Source: a virus (taxonomy: Duplodnaviria; Caudoviricetes). From it: DNA of 64,000 nt. The notes below the pieces were generated by a model. It had not been told where the DNA came from. It worked only from the letters and a program-made list of their open reading frames with translations, and searched no databases. The translations under genes and the position numbers were made by a program. The stretch is from IMG/VR virus record IMGVR_UViG_3300008262_000013. The stretch is one strand, 5' to 3'. Of this stretch, positions 62,654 through 64,000 are shown piece by piece. Numbering within the stretch: the stretch's first letter is position 1; each line of letters starts with the position of its first letter.

Positions 62654-63388
62654 ATGATTGGAATTATTGGTTATGGAATGGTTGGACAAGCCGTTGAATA
62701 CGGCTTTTCCAAAACCCAAGTTTTCGTTTGTGATCCGAAATATAATCACGTAACGGTCAAAGGCCTCTGTTTATTAAATCCAGAGGCAATATTCGTTTGT
62801 GTCCCCACACCAACAGACGATACTAATTATTCATTGGTTACTTCAGTATTGAATGAAATTTTCGAGATGAACTATCAGGGAATAGTTATAGTAAAGTCCA
62901 CAATTTTGCCGCAATATCTTGAAAAATATGATATTGTGTATAACCCAGAATTTCTATCAAGATCAACCTCGAAAGAAGATTTTGTAAATCCACACTTATT
63001 AATACTTTCTGGTAAAAAATCTCAACAGGCTTTGGAACTTTATAAAAAACATTCTACCGTAGATACTGAAAATATTTTTGTAACAGATATTAATACAGCA
63101 TCATTTATAAAATACACCATGAATTCCTTTTATGCAACTAAGGTAACTTTTATGAACTCTATGTATGAGGTTGCTAAAAAAATGGGTGTCGATTATAATG
63201 AAGCTATAACTGTTCTCTCTAAACATCCATGGATGGGATCCAATCATTTCAAAGTACCTGGTCCTGATGGTAAAAAAGGATTTGGTGGGCCTTGTTTACC
63301 AAAAGACACAGAGTGTTTAGTTAAAAATTATGATGTTGAAATACTTAAAAAAGTTTTGGAATTAAATCAAAAGTTTAGAAATGAATAA
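62654..63388 (+). CDS. UDP-glucose/GDP-mannose dehydrogenase-like protein (short form)
   Basis: GIIGYGMVG, VCVPTP, KST, YNPEFL and FGGPCLPKD. Confidence 0.85.
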   Translation: MIGIIGYGMVGQAVEYGFSKTQVFVCDPKYNHVTVKGLCLLNPEAIFVCVPTPTDDTNYSLVTSVLNEIFEMNYQGIVIVKSTILPQYLEKYDIVYNPEFLSRSTSKEDFVNPHLLILSGKKSQQALELYKKHSTVDTENIFVTDINTASFIKYTMNSFYATKVTFMNSMYEVAKKMGVDYNEAITVLSKHPWMGSNHFKVPGPDGKKGFGGPCLPKDTECLVKNYDVEILKKVLELNQKFRNE

Positions 63389-63456
63389 GTTTGTTGAACA
63401 GTTTTGTCAAACACTATATATTAGTACGTCTTTGGTTTAAATAAAAAGGAGAAAAA

Positions 63457-64000
63457 ATGGTAGTAGATATAAACGTAACAAGTATCTGCAATTTAGCTTG
63501 CACATATTGTTCCGAAGGTTTTGAATGTGGACTATCTACCGAGTTTGAAGAAAATACTTCTTTGACATTAGATAATGTTGAAGAATTTATGGCTAAAATT
63601 TCTGATCCCAAAAAAGATGTTTATTTCTGGGGTGGTGAACCATTTGTTAATTGGGATTTTTGTAAAGGTGTCATAGAAAAATTTAAACATGATCCTGGTT
63701 TTTCTTTTTTCTTTTATACAAATGGAACGTATTTAAAGAGATATTTAAAAGATTTGGTTAGAATTCACAATGAGATTCCCGGTAGATTAAAGTTGCAGGT
63801 TTCATATGATGGAAAGCCTGTAAACGACATCGCCAGAGTGACTAAATCTGGTACTCCATCGTCAGCAATGGTCAAAGCAAACTATATTGCAGCTAAAGAA
63901 GCTGGATTGAATGTTTCACTGAAATCTGTACTAACGTCTGAAAATTTCCACTTAATCTATGAAGCCTTTTTGGATGTCATAGAAATGGATAAAAATTATT
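63457..64000 (+). CDS. radical SAM protein (cut by the window end)
   Basis: AAGGAG SD; CNLACTYC (CxxxCxxC), FWGGEP, YTNG and VSYDG; no stop before 64000. Confidence 0.85.
   Translation, partial: MVVDINVTSICNLACTYCSEGFECGLSTEFEENTSLTLDNVEEFMAKISDPKKDVYFWGGEPFVNWDFCKGVIEKFKHDPGFSFFFYTNGTYLKRYLKDLVRIHNEIPGRLKLQVSYDGKPVNDIARVTKSGTPSSAMVKANYIAAKEAGLNVSLKSVLTSENFHLIYEAFLDVIEMDKNY

Overview
This is an AT-rich segment of a large T4-like myophage, probably infecting a freshwater or soil betaproteobacterium. The host is inferred from betaproteobacterial-type AhpC/AhpD, HPr, PqqA and the tmRNA tag ANDETFALAA. From 1 to 4.7 kb are small early hypothetical genes. From 4.7 to 11.7 kb is an array of 27 CCA-encoding tRNAs covering all 20 amino acids, interspersed with structured RNAs, micro-ORFs, a metallophosphoesterase, a 2OG-Fe(II) oxygenase, a YkuK-like RNase H-fold protein and an HNH endonuclease. 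From 11.7 to 32.9 kb are ahpC/ahpD, T4 RNase H, a glycosyltransferase, galE, clpP, many early genes, a circularly permuted tmRNA, HPr, pqqA, cell-wall enzymes, dsbA, gp33, gp59 and gp32. From 33 to 39.5 kb (minus strand) are two tail/hub paralogues, gp51, gp26, gp54, gp2 and gp4. From 39.5 to 62.7 kb are gp48, gp53, a split gp5, gp25, gp6, gp7, gp8, a 2079-aa structural protein and a tail fibre, followed by a UDP-glucose dehydrogenase-like gene and a radical SAM gene cut by the window end. The main observation is an unannotated 41-codon leader ORF (4950-5075) directly ahead of the tRNA array. It contains all 20 amino acids and ends on one strand of an antiterminator that competes with an intrinsic terminator. 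This is the layout of a ribosome-coupled attenuator that could sense loss of almost any tRNA and switch on the phage tRNA set. A second strong lead is a -1 slippery site linking gp26 to gp51, resembling tail-chaperone frameshifts. All calls come from manual reading, with no database searches or folding computations.
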